Assembly: GCF_006345805.1 (NCBI RefSeq)
Contig: NC_043000.1
Location: forward strand, 27,404,001 to 27,468,000
Direction: 5' to 3'
From: Octopus sinensis
Lineage: Eukaryota
DNA length: 64,000 bases
Part shown: positions 11,705-24,239 of the stretch, piece by piece
How the letters are laid out: every line of letters begins with the position of its first letter
Position numbering within the stretch: the stretch's first letter is position 1
Program-made: the position numbers and the translations under genes
The notes under the pieces: model-generated
Told to the model about the DNA's origin: nothing
Seen by the model: the letters and a program-made list of their open reading frames with translations, nothing else
Databases searched by the model: none

Positions 11705-12235
11705 TTTTAATTCCCACGACAGTTCCAGACCCCAGTTATGAAACCCATTTGCATGCAGCCAATCAGAGCTTAACTATCAAACTAATTTATGAGCGCATAA
11801 CAAGTGATGGGCGATAAGATAAGGTCACTTGGGTAAAGAATGACCATGCTTCTTTTCTCTTTTAATGATGCTTGTTGTTCTTGTTCTTGTTTCAACCATG
11901 GCTGCCAATTCGTAGTTATTTGCGTTGTTGTTTACTTTGTAAAATAGTAAGAGGAAAGGGTTGCTAGCACATCACCTTCTACTCACATTTTACCTGTCTA
12001 CATATTTACCACATGGGGCCCTAATAAAATCCGAAAATAGGTATAGATGCAAATCTGTCTAATTACTTGTCGCCTTCAAAAATCAGGCACAACTTGGCGA
12101 TCGGTCGTTCGTTTTGAGTTTACTTGGGAGTGTGTGCTTGTTAACTTGACAACAAAGTCAAGGAGAGCTCTGATTGGCTGTATGCGAATGAGTTCATTAC
12201 TGGGGTCCGGTACTCACGTGGGGAAAAAATTATAT
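11705..12235. mobile_element. Old MITE-like element with ~80-bp imperfect TIRs
   Basis: cccagttatgaaacccatttgcatgcagccaatcagagct (11731-11770) is inverted against agctctgattggctgtatgcgaatgagttcattactggg (12166-12204). Confidence 0.5.
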
Positions 12236-12989
12236 CCGAGCCATTTACAGCTTTGCAGTTTTGCATTAAGTCTATCAACCTGATGAACGTAAAGAAAGTA
12301 ATGCAAATATTTCCATCCTCACATTTGCAATCCAACGTGGCTCAAATATAAATTCAGGTCATAACATCATCCCATATTTTGATATATACTTAGGAATAAG
12401 AAACGGTATATGCTGCCTTAGTATACATAAAACTAATAAATTCCGATATATACGCGATCATAAAATTAAAAAAAAAAAACTTTCATTCTTTGAATAATGA
12501 AACGTTACGTTAAAAGACATGTTAATTTAAAATTTGGGTCCAAAGATTAACATGGCAATTTAAAGAACAAGGCAATAACAAATTCGTTCATTTTGATACA
12601 GCAGATTCCACATCCAATAAAATTCTGCAACCACTCATATATTATAATATAAAAGTGAAACAAACTCTGGTTATACAACGACAAAAAATAAAGGAAATAC
12701 ACTCTTATTACAGAAACGATAAACTAAATGTTAATGAAAGAAAGAAAATTCTCATGACAAACTGGCGTATCGCATCTAATCGCAGATTCATAATGCACAG
12801 CATATTATACAAAAACGCCAAAAATAAAGAACATTCTTGGACAGAGCTTTTCTCGGGGAAGGGGGCCAGTATGCACTATCTGTATGTCGCGCCCTTCCCT
12901 GCGGACTCCATGTTGTATCGCTGCAGTAGTTCTGTTGTCAAAATAGGAAGCAGCTTTATCTATTATTATAGGAAGTAAAGAGTGAAGTC

Positions 12990-13431
12990 AATTTATTGGT
13001 TCATGGTCTCAAGAATTTGTCTTATGAAGAAAGGCTGAAGACGCTCGAACTTTATTCTCTAGAAAAACGCCGCCGCCGTGGTGATCTCATTCTCGCTCAC
13101 AACATCATAAGCGGAAAGTGTAACCTCTCGAAAGAGCTGTTCTTCACCCCTGCTCCAGAGCGTCGGCTGCGGGGTCATTCCGAAAAGCTCTACCTGCGAC
13201 GATTTCAACTCAATCGAAGGAGAGGAGCTTTCTCCGTCCGGGTTGCGGATCCATGGAACAAGCTGCCAGACGAGATGGTGAAGATGCCGACGACCGTTTT
13301 GTTCAAAGTCTCCCTTGACCTCAAGTGGCTTGAACACTTTACATGAACACCACCCTGTACATAACTCCATGTCCCCCTACATGGCCTTGCTTTTTGCTTT
13401 TGAGCCAAAAAATGAACTAACTAACTAACTA
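12990..13431 (+). mobile_element. CR1-clade LINE 3' fragment (ORF2 C-terminus, 3'UTR, (AACT)n tail)
   Basis: LSYEERLKTLELYSLEKRRRRGDLI...RGHSEKL...FSVRVADPWNKLP, ending in aactaactaactaacta. Confidence 0.9.
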
Positions 13432-13544
13432 TTGCATTGGCCAACCTACACAAATTTCATCTGCAATATCAGTGCATGTTTTAATTATATTTACGGATTC
13501 TCTAATCATTTCGAATTTTAGTACGAAGGAAGTCATTTTCTGTG

Positions 13545-13720
13545 GTGGAAGGTAGTCTATTACATCGACACCGATGCTCAGCTGGTGAGTATTTTATTGA
13601 CTCCGAAAGGATGAGGGGTAAAATCAACTTGGACGGAATTTGAACTCAGAATGGATAAGTCGGAAGAAACGCTGCTATTCGTATTTTCAATGCATTAACG
13701 ATTCTGTCGTCACTAACGTT
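13545..13720 (-). mobile_element. SINE family S2, decayed
   Basis: tacatcgacacc...ccgaaaggatga...ggaatttgaactcagaa. Confidence 0.7.
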
Positions 13721-13774
13721 TAAAAATGGTTCAGAGTTCTTGTAAATTATAAACTTATTGATTGGTGCGAAGCA

Positions 13775-13985
13775 TCTACGCGTAGTATGGCTGAATGTTT
13801 AAGTTGGTTTCTCAGTCACGTGAGCCACATTTCAATCCTATTGGATGACTTCTTGAGCAATTGTCTCTTACCATAGTAGTGGCTGAGCCAAGAATTTGTG
13901 CGTAAGTGGGTAGATGGAAAATGGCGGATTGTATCTGTTCAGGTGAATTTTATTTGTATTTAAAATGTTCGCGTTTGTCCCCACT
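13775..13985 (+). mobile_element. SINE family S1 head, heavily decayed
   Basis: gcgtagtatggctgaatgtttaag...gagcaattgtctcttaccatag...gggtagatggaaa aligns to the S1 head. Confidence 0.5.
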
Positions 13986-15075
13986 TATGTCACAATGACA
14001 TTATTGGAGGATTCGGCTAATGTTATATGTAGTTGTACAATATCCAGGAACTTAGATTTTCAATACAGCGAGCAATGATTTTGTCGATTGAAAAACTGCT
14101 TACTCATCGTTAAAATGGAGAGAGATCTAATTACAATCCATATGCGGAATGATGTTTTTTCAAACTGAAATTTCATTTGCAATACATACTTCGCCAAAGA
14201 AGAATTATAATAAATGATAAAACTGGGTAAAATACATGAAATAATTTGTTTAATTTCGACTAGACTGAAGCATGAAAATGCAGAATGTGTGAGAAAACGG
14301 AGAATGTATTATTCTGACTTTTATTGTTTCATCCACCATCGAAATTAGAGAAATATATAAATAAATTAAAATACATTAAAATACTAACTATACAACAGAA
14401 TTAAGCTAAATCTAACTAAATCGATATCAAGTCTGTTTGAAAAAGATTCATTTGTGATAAAATGGAGGTTAGAATAAAACCAAAGAGAAGTTATTGTTCC
14501 CTGAGTTAATTTTATATCACTGTTCTGGTTAATTGGAGATATTCTATCATAAATTTGAACAATATAGCTTAACAATGGCTGCTACTTAATAATTTACTAT
14601 TGCTGTCGTCGGTTTCAAAAGTAACAGAATTTAAAATTGTTTTCAATATTGTTTCACATCTCTTTCTTTAACCACAAAGACGAATATTATCGAGTTTAAA
14701 TTGTCCAAGCTTTTAACTTCATCTAACAAAAGGCATTCTTCATCCGTAGAATCTTATTAATCACTGAACCAAATGAGATTTGAAAGGAATTTGGAAGACA
14801 AGAACAGCAGTGGAAATTTAAAAAAATAAAAAGAGACGAAGGCTTGTAAATTGGATTTTAACAGAAATTACGGCAGAGAAACTGGTTTCTAAAACTGCAT
14901 TATTCAGGAGATGAGATGAAATGACTACAGACGAACTTGTTTACAGCGTAATTTTGGTAATTTTTGCTCGTTACACTGTGACCACGCAGACGAACAAGCA
15001 CACACATACACAAACACACGACAAACACATGCACACACATATGTGTATGTACGTGTGTAGGCATGTGTTGTGTAG

Positions 15076-15152
<77 letters not shown>

Positions 15153-15356
15153 CATATATATATATATATAATATATACATAATAAATATTAGGGAATAAA
15201 TCCAAATTTACAGGGAAAAAATCAGATTTAGGATTAAATCCAATTTTATAGTAAAATATTATATAATATTATTAGAGACAAAACCACTATTTTGCAAAAC
15301 AAACAAGGAAAGACTTAATCAATACATAAAATTTTAATAAAAAGTAAAAAAAACCG

Positions 15357-15399
15357 CCACTACAATTGTTTCTTGTCCTGATCGACAATCTTCAGGTGG
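15357..15399 (-). ncRNA. Minimal type I hammerhead ribozyme (family 2), left arm
   Basis: Exact reverse complement of 15457-15499. Confidence 0.8.
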
Positions 15400-15456
15400 A
15401 CTTCCAATAAGTCAGTTTCAAATTATTTCATAATTTGAAACTGACTTATTGGAAGT

Positions 15457-15499
15457 CCACCTGAAGATTGTCGATCAGGACAAGAAACAATTGTAGTGG
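15457..15499 (+). ncRNA. Minimal type I hammerhead ribozyme (family 2), right arm
   Basis: ccac-CUGAAGA-uuguc(gaucag)gacaa-GAAA-caauug-UA-gugg; palindromic helix III; cut predicted after 15495. Confidence 0.85.
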
Positions 15500-15649
15500 C
15501 GGTTTTTTTGACTTTTTATTAAAATTTTATGTATTGATTAAGTCTTTCCTTGTTTGTTTTGCAAAATAGTGGTTTTGTCTCTAATAATATTATATATATA
15601 TACATATATATACATACATACATACAGACAGACAGACATACATACATAC

Positions 15650-16328
15650 ATGGATAGGCATCCGTTAGTCTCGAAAGGCTATGGATCTGCACCTTGGATA
15701 GGATTGGTGTTGCCATATCGCTTGTGACTGACAAAACCAATGCGTGAGTGACAGTCACGACAGCAACGGTCGCAAATGAGGTTGATCGGTTGGTCGTTTG
15801 TTAGTGGTTCGGTCTCCCTGCGTCTCCGTCTGTCCTCTACTGTCTGACATATGTGATCTTCGCCTTCCCTCAGGGTGATACTCAGCCTCTGTCTCCAGCC
15901 GGAACGGTCTTTTGTCATGTTCTTCTAGGTTTTGTTATTCACATTCATGGCCTTCCTGTCACGTTTGCACACATCCTTGAAACGGAGATGTGGTCGTCCG
16001 TGAGCATGACTACAGGAGGCTTGTTACCCGTACAGTATATCTTTCGGTAACCTCCTATCAGGCATACGGTGTACGTGTCCCTACCAGCAGAGACGGCGTT
16101 GCCGAATTAGTGGTGTGAAAGTAGTCAATAGCTGGGAACGGGTAAGCACCTCGTTGTTGGTGATTCGGTCCTTCCACTTGACCCGAGAATATTCCGAAGG
16201 TTGTGCAGGTGGAAGGCATTCAGGCTGCGCTCTTGTCTGACGTAAAGACACCAGGTCTCACTGCCCTATAGCAAGGTGCCGAGGATTCATACTTTATAGT
16301 CTAGGAATTTGGTGGATCTCGTCAGCTT
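15650..16328 (-). mobile_element. RTE-clade LINE 3' fragment, degenerate
   Basis: Minus-strand GSETWCLY...LNAFHLHNLR, KWKDRITNNEVL, DRSGWRQ; 3' end cgagactaacggatgcc followed by a (TATG)-type tail. Confidence 0.85.
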
Positions 16329-16500
16329 GTGACAAGGCTGGCCCTTTCAAATATAGGTACAGCTCATTTTTTCCAGCTGAGTGAACTGGAGCAACGTGAA
16401 ATAAAGTGTCTTTGTCAGGACACAACGTGTCGCTGGGAATTGAACTCACGACAATACAATCGTGAGTCGAATACCCTAACCACTAAGCCACGCGCCATCA
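16329..16500 (-). mobile_element. SINE family S3, 5' half
   Basis: Minus strand tggcgcgtggcttagtggttagggtattcgactc...gagttcaattccc, then CORE-like gtgtcctgacaaagacacttt...gttgctccag. Confidence 0.8.
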
Positions 16501-16803
16501 CACACACACACACACACACACACACAAGTACTGTTGTGTCTGGGGTGAGTCATTCTCTTTTAATGCTTTATAATTTAACACACTCACCGGTAGAATTTCC
16601 ACTTATTTACATTTTTTCTTCAAAAATTTTCGTTGTGTCCTGCAACCTCTTCGATAGTTGTTGACTTGTTGACTCTTCCCATTTTTCAAGTTACGTTCTT
16701 TTAGTTTGTTTGTGTGCATGTGTGAGGGTCAGTGTGTGTGCTCATACATACATACATACACACATACATACATACATGCATGCATAAATACATGCATACA
16801 TAC

Positions 16804-16886
<83 letters not shown>

Positions 16887-17049
16887 TGTGTGTGTGTGTA
16901 TGTATGTATATGTATAACAAAATTTTCTTGGAAAAGGATGCGTGGCGTTCAAACATATAATAATATAATAATATATAAATATATGCATATATACATACAT
17001 TTATGTACATACCTACATGTATATGTATATATACATGCATATATGGTTA

Positions 17050-17365
17050 AGAACGTCAAGAAAAGAATAAAATGAGAAACGAGAACAAAAAACCAGAACA
17101 TAGAAAACGAACTTTTTTTCGAACAACGAAAGAAACAAATAGAGAAAGGAGACAGGCAACATAAAGAACATTACCTTGGAGAAAGTAAAGCAAGGGCACA
17201 CACGACGGCGAAAAGTGGTGCTGAAGAGGTCATAGATGTGTGGAAAAGGTTTCCGGGCAGTGGACATGAGTTAAAATAAGAACAGTAATAAATGAATGAA
17301 GTACAAATGCATAGTGCACGTGTTTATTTGGTAAAAAAAATGACCATCCCGAAATACAACGATAT
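17050..17365. repeat. Dispersed repeat family (copies at 33737-33950, 44370-44530, 63860-64000)
   Basis: Shared acatagaaa(a)cgaactttttttcgaacaacgaaa and downstream sequence. Confidence 0.7.
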
Positions 17366-17407
17366 ATTCATATACATACACACACATACTCAAACACATA
17401 TACATAT

Positions 17408-17592
17408 GACGGTGTGCTGAAATGTTTCTGGTTTCGGGTACATGAAATTATAGTAGGGTCAGTTAATTATGATTCTATTCACCATATTCCCTTCTCAGAT
17501 TTACGCAATTATTGCAGTGGCCCATCAGTTTTCTAGGCCCTGTAAATGAACTCGGAAGGTTGGACCTCCAACCAGGCTTTTCACAACACCCT
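17408..17592. mobile_element. mariner-type MITE, decayed
   Basis: Similar to 56111-56323 (ttaattatgatt...tgtaaatgaactcggaagg). Confidence 0.65.
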
Positions 17593-17622
17593 TAAAGCAA
17601 TAACTGTTTCAACAATCCTATG

Positions 17623-17661
<39 letters not shown>

Positions 17662-17869
17662 GTCGTAAGAATGTTTGGAAAAAAACTTAATTCTTCATTA
17701 TTATTAACGCTTTCGTTCGTTTCTCGAAATTGTCAACTAAAATTTTGTGAATGTACAAACAGCTTTTTCATTTATATAAAAAAATGTGGGGCTTTTGGGG
17801 TGGGGAGGCGAGTTGTTTAGAAGAGAGCATTATATTTTTTTTGTTGAGGCTCCATGACAATTGGAGATG

Positions 17870-18262
<393 letters not shown>

Positions 18263-18950
18263 GACAGATAAGTATAGGGAGAAAGAGACAGGGTACCCCC
18301 CTTCCTATTCATCTTTCACTTATTTATTTATTTATTTAGTTAGTTATTTACCGTTTATTTTTTTAAATTGTTCATTTGCAAATATTACACCTTTTGCTGT
18401 TGGTTCTTCTATGTTTCTGTTACTTAGCATTTCTGTAATAGCGGCCAATGAAATACGTAGCAAACTTTAAAAAAGAAGCACTTGGACTGATTCTATCGTC
18501 TTAATCTCCTTAAGGCAGTGTCCCATCATGGCTACAGTCCATTGACTGAAACATTTAAAATATAATAAAGAACGGTAATACGTATTTATGAGCCAAGCTA
18601 AGACAGATTCATTACCTTTTATAAAAGATATAAACAAAGCTGTTTATATCTATTAGGAAGTTACTAAAGAACATAGTAAAGAATTTATGAGCGATAATCT
18701 AATCTGCATTGTCATACCAGGATACAGGCAAATTTAGAAATTTCACACGCGGCTATATAGTAGGGAATACATATCAAATTCTTCGGTAAATCAATAAAAA
18801 ATATATAGTAGCCACATATTAGCCATTTCGTAGAAGGGCAACATAGATAAGGAAGTTCTACATACAGTAGGGGCCAAACTTAGAGAACGAAAGAAAAAAG
18901 ATATTTACATTCCTACTTCATTTTTCTTAATCGGATTTTTGCTGTATATA

Positions 18951-19188
18951 CAGTATTCCTGCGCAATATCGCGGTTCATTATCACGGTTCACCAATCGCG
19001 TTTCACCTATCGCGGTTTATGATTTAAGTGTACGTAGATTCCTCTGTGGTGTTGTTTTGCATTTCTTATAAAATAAATTATAAAAATAATTTTGAAATAT
19101 ACAGTGCAGTACTGTTTCGACATCGCAGGTTTTCACCTATTGCAGGTGTTTTTGGAATGTAACACCCGTGATAGTCGAGGGATTACTG
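18951..19188. mobile_element. pogo/Tigger-like MITE
   Basis: TA|cagtattcctgcgcaatatcgcg ... gtgatagtcgagggattactg imperfect TIRs. Confidence 0.7.
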
Positions 19189-19191
19189 CAC

Positions 19192-20590
19192 TTAAAGCAT
19201 GTTCGTTCTCTGCAATAAAACTTGTAGGACGTGATTAACTAAATAATTAATAATAGAAATAAACCTTCCCTACTTTTGTCTATCTCGTGTTTTTGAAATA
19301 AACATTGTCTTTGTTATAAATCATTTATTAGACCGTCGAGTATGAAATTTGTAGAAAAGGAAAAAGTTTACTAAATACAAGGAATAGTTTACACTTTTGC
19401 CATTTCAGCTTTAGCTAGTCCAGCCCGGAACTGTAAAAGCCTGGCAATCTAGAGTCAATAAAATCTTGGAAGGCCAGTTTTACAGAATCGCCGGAATTAA
19501 ATTTTTTTCCTATCAAGAAATTATCCAAAATTCTGGAAGAAGTGGTAGTCAGTGGGGTAAAATCAGGTGAGTATGGTGGATGATGGAGAACTTCCAACTT
19601 CAATACCTGTAGTTTCACCAATGTCATTTTGGCGATGTGTGGTCTGGCGTTGTCTTACAATAACATTGGAGTGGATCGGTTAATTAATCTAGGTTGTCTT
19701 TTCCTAAGTTTCCGCATCATTTGGTCCGGTTGATTGCAGTGATTGATGAGCCAGGTCAAATGAAATCATAATGGATCACATCTGTGCCAGACCAGCAAAC
19801 ACATGCTATCAGCTGAACTTTGCTTTTTCGACTGTCTTTTGGTGATTCGTCTTTGTCAAACCATTGTGCTGAACGTTTACGGTTGTTGTATTGGATCCAT
19901 TTCTCATCACATGCTACAATTCGATTCAGGAATGAGTGATTTTTGTAACGTAATGGTAGCATAATGCTACTACGTGCTGTTTCTGATTTTCATTGAGTTC
20001 ATGTGGAACCCACTTCTCCAAATTTTTCCCTTTACCGATTTGAACTAGCTGAGTCAATACTGTTTGCTTGCTAACACCAAACAACAACTATAATTTACGG
20101 GCACATTGTGATGGATCTGACTCGACGGTGGCCTTCAGTTTGTCATTATCCACCATTGACTCTGGTCGATCGCGTTGCTCATTTGTGTGGTTAAATTTAC
20201 CCAAACGAAATTTTGCAGGCTAATTTGATACTGTCTGCTGTGTAATAACATTAGAATCAAATACTCCATTAATATTCCGAGCAGTCTGTGGTACTATATT
20301 TCCAAGAAAGAACTCATATTTCAAAACTGTACGAATTTCCGACTTATCCATCTCTAAACAAAAATACCGAAAGTGATTCATAAATACTTTATAACGCGCA
20401 AAATTAGTTGGAATAAAGAAATACATGTGTCAGCTTTCTAACAAAAAAAAATTGTCAAAATATAATAATGGCGCAAAATGAGCAGCTGTGGAAGTTTACC
20501 ATATACCTTGTTACAAATTTCATACTTGACAACCTAATAGTTATTAATCACATCCTACGAAATTTATCACAAATAATGAACATAGTTTAA
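19192..20590 (-). mobile_element. mariner transposon (DD34D-type), near full length, pseudogenised
   Basis: ~47-bp imperfect TIRs 19192-19237 and 20544-20590; peptides MDKSEIRTVLKYEF, RIVACDEKWIQYNN, LHHPPYSPDFTP in different frames. Confidence 0.9.
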
Positions 20591-20948
20591 AATGTATTCA
20601 GTAAAAATCTCATTTGAAAAATGTAGAAATCTAAATATCTTTAACTCTAAGCTTCTTTATTTCATTTTGGCCACTGCTGTCCTTCCAAGAAGACGAATGT
20701 TGTTATATCTGATTGTTTCAGAACTAAAACCCAAAGACATTAGCAGCTTATCTGCAGTATAGAAAGGACCACAACCAAACTTCACAGAAATGATTAAAAT
20801 AGATAAATATTTGATAAAAATGAAAATATCCTCAACGGAAACTTTAATCCCGAAAACATTTGTTTCTTTTTTTTTCATTACGTAGTAGCATAATGAAATT
20901 TAAGAAGTTCACTGTGGAAGAAAATAATATAAAAAATCAAAATATATA

Positions 20949-21181
20949 CAGGGTGTCCATAACGTCTCTCCGAAGTGAATGTTTTTCATCCTGCGTATCA
21001 ACATGTCACTACTTCAAGAGTTTTTCGGTGAACGAATTCTTTCGAAGGGACCTTCGCCATCAAGATCACCTGATTTAACACCGCCATTCTATTTTTCTGG
21101 GGAGCAAGTAAAGGACCAGTGTACAAGAATCGCCTCTAAACCATTAAATACTTAGTGCGGAGAGACATTTTGAACACCCTG
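20949..21181. mobile_element. Tc1/mariner internal-deletion derivative (MITE)
   Basis: TA|cagggtgtccataacgtctct ... agagacattttgaacaccctg|TA; remnant RSPDLTP..FFWG...VYKN. Confidence 0.85.
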
Positions 21182-22012
21182 TATAAGCCATGAAAATAAT
21201 GAGAACCCACTTTATTATTAAATCTGTAGTTGCGTCTAATATTATATAGAAAAATGCTGTTATGAAAGATCAGTGTTTTGAGATCCAGTTAACGAAGCTA
21301 ACGATGATGGAACTATAGATATAATGAACGCATATTACTACTGATTCATTCATCACTGATCTTGGACAACAGTACGCTAAACTTTTACGCTTGTCACAAA
21401 TTGTCCTATGATAAAATGCTTCGGTGATTAGCGAAAGATTCCGCTTGGACCAGAAAAGCGAGCCGCCACAAATATCCACAATGGTCAAGACAACATCGGG
21501 TGTCGGAACGAAACCTATTTTCCTATAAATTCTATTAATCATTATCACGGATTCATATTCTTTGCAAACAAGCAGTTGTGATAAATTAGGATGGATTTAT
21601 TTGATCATATTAAATAAAATGCTACATATTAACCATGCGAATGAAATATAATTTCTATCGTTAATATGCGATTGTTTTCACTGTTTCTTCGTACGCTCTT
21701 TCATATATGATTGAGGAATTTTCTTTTCTATGTAAATTTGCCACTCACTGCAAAAATATGAATATTTTATGAAATAAATAATGTTTGTAAATTAGTAGCA
21801 ATGGGTTTCTCTATATGAAACGTATTTTGAGTTGTAATGCAGTCATTTTAAAAAAAAGAAGCTCAAAATAGTATATGATATAATATGACATAATGTGTGT
21901 GTATATATATATAGGGTATTAAATTTTTACAAATGTATTACCAGTGGCCTAGCATGCATAGAAAGTCAATAGACAACATATTATTCAATATAAAATAGGG
22001 TACATTTAAAAC

Positions 22013-22550
22013 ACAAAGAGAAATTACCAATAAGAGGCAATGTCTACACGCTAGGAGACAGTCAAAACGACTGAAGACCACAGAAAAATTTAAGCAATTT
22101 CAAAAGGAATGAAAAGAAAAGGACGGCTCGGTTACTGAAGAGGATTTGCCTGGTAAATAAAATTATCTTATTTTATCGACTAAAAAAATCCAAAACCTAT
22201 AGGTATAACCGTAAAAACAAGGTAAAAGTTTATAGTTTTCATTCCCTTTGAAATTGTTTAAAATTTTCTGTGGTCTTCAGTCGTTTTGACTTTCTCCAAG
22301 CGTGTAGAAATTGCCTGTTTTTGGTAATTTTTCTCTGTATTTTATATATATATATATATATATAATAAATATTAGGGAATAAATCCAAATTTACAGGGAA
22401 AAATCAGATTTAGGATTAATCAAATTTTATAGTAAAATATTATATTATATTTATATTTTTCATTCCCTTTGAAATTGTTTAGATTTTTCTGTAGTCTTCA
22501 GTCGTTTTGACTTTCTCCTTGCATAATAGTGGTTTTGTCTCTAATTTAAT
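22013..22550. mobile_element. Rearranged PLE-type pLTR cluster (family 2-related)
   Basis: Segment A at 22013-22115 (+), 22236-22342 (-) and 22457-22520 (-); family-2 flank at 22365-22445. Confidence 0.75.
22129..22211 (+). ncRNA. Hammerhead ribozyme motif with G12A substitution (probably inactive)
   Basis: cgguua-CUGAAGA-ggauuu...aaaucc-AAAA-ccuauagg-UA-uaaccg; all three helices intact, but GAAA reads AAAA. Confidence 0.7.
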
Positions 22551-23099
22551 ATATATATATATATAAAGGGCAAAATAGAATGAAAAACTACAGAAGACTT
22601 GTATTATATGGTTAAAGAGCATATTTAAATCGTCATGTTAGAAAAAATGTTATAGAATTTTGTGTTTAGTGATATTGTACTTGGAGAATTTTTTTTTGAC
22701 ATGGGTAAAATCAAAGTACATTTATGTTACTTAGGTACACGCATATATACATACACATGCCTTGGTAACACGTCTGATCAACGTGGTAAAATTAATGAAG
22801 TTTTTTGTTTGTTCGTTCTCTAACAGAAGACGGCTTCGAAGTGATTTAGTCCCAGACTAAACCGATTTCACTGATTACTCTGAAACCCTCCCCTCCAACT
22901 GACATTATTGTCAGTTGGAGGGGAGGGTTTCTTTTTTTAAAACCACACTTTAACAACAGCATCATCAACAACAACAATAAGCACATGTTCTCAAATGACA
23001 AAGTTTGTTGTGTTAGCGCCTTTGAACAAAGAGTTCCGCAACCATAGGATGAATTTGATCAGCTCAAATGCTTAAATAGCCTTGACTTTTAATTCTGCC

Positions 23100-23446
23100 A
23101 TGAAGCACAGCGGACTCGCGGTCATAGGATCGCAGATTCGATTCTCAGACCGGACGTTGTGAGTGTTTATTGAGTGAAAATACCTAAAGCTCCACGAGGC
23201 TCCAGCAGAGGTTGGTAGCAAACACTGCTGTACGCTTTCATTCTTTCTTCCTGTTTCTGTTGTACCTGAATTTTAAAGGGGCCAGCCTTGTCACACTCTG
23301 TGTCACGCTGAATCTCCACGAGAATTAACTTAAGCGAACACGTGACTGTGGAGTGCTCAGCCACTTGCACGTTAATTTTACGAACAGGCTGTTCCGTTGA
23401 TCGGATCAACTGGAACCCTCTTCGTCGTAACCGATGGAGCGCCACG
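23100..23446 (+). mobile_element. SINE family S3-like
   Basis: B-box-like gattcgattctc; 3' part gggccagccttgtcacac...gtggagtgctcagccacttgcacg...cgtcgtaaccga shared with 60441-60740. Confidence 0.75.
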
Positions 23447-23934
23447 ATCTATGTAAGTATGTATGTGCAAATTAACAGAAAGGAAACAAAAGACCGAGAG
23501 ATAAAAGCAACAGCAAATTCCGATTATTTATAAACAGATTATTGGCTTCTATTTGGAAATGCATTCTTATTTATTTACATATTGTTTTAGAAGAATGCAA
23601 CCCATCTCAAATATGGGCAGGCAAAGTGTTGCTATTTATATCTTAAATGCATCTATTTGCATTTTCCGTTTGGCTACAGTGCCTGTAGCTGATAATTAAT
23701 ATTAATAAGCTGTACGCTGCTTTGAAAATATATGCGTATTCTTACAACAAGGTCTTGTTCGACATGTTCATAGTTTTTCGTGTTTCCTTTTCGAAGGTTT
23801 TCTGCATGGGAATCTAACAGATTGGAATTTGGAAGTTGTGACTAGAAGGTAAATCATCACTTCTTTGTTTGTAGAAAAGTCATTATATATTCAGAGTTAT
23901 TTTTGATCTTCACAGTTCCATCAAAATTGGAAGT

Positions 23935-24120
23935 GGCTAAGGCGGCGAGTCGCATTTCATTCGCTTTTACAGTCTGAGTTCAAATTCCGTGGAGGCCAAC
24001 TCTGCCTTCCATCATTTCGTGCTCGATAAAATAAGTACCAGTTGAGCACTGAGGTCGATGTAATCGACGAACTCTTTCCCCAGAAATTGCTGACCTTGTG
24101 CTAAAACTTGAAACCAATAT
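23935..24120 (+). mobile_element. SINE family S2
   Basis: tctgagttcaaattcc...gataaaataagtaccagttgagcactgaggtcgatgtaatcgac. Confidence 0.8.
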
Positions 24121-24239
24121 TGTAAGAAGCGATTTATTTGTGTCGATGAGTCACAAATTTAATTTTTAAGTGTCTTAATCTTAACATAATCGTTTATGCT
24201 TCTTCAAAGGTGGCTGCTCAAGGAACTGCCTTCCAAGTC

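Larger units (their letters stand above)
15179..15596. mobile_element. PLE-type pLTR (family 2) folded back as a near-perfect palindrome
   Basis: Arms 15260-15426 and 15430-15596, 3-nt loop ttc, one mismatch seen. Confidence 0.85.

Noticed and set aside
21270-21548. 92-aa minus-strand ORF (KIGFVPTPDVVLTIVDICGG...)
   Set aside because: No recognisable domain and no convincing donor site; left unannotated.
22061-22115. CTGAAGA in segment A (also 22273-22279 and 22495-22501, minus strand)
   Set aside because: No helix II closure or helix I partner.
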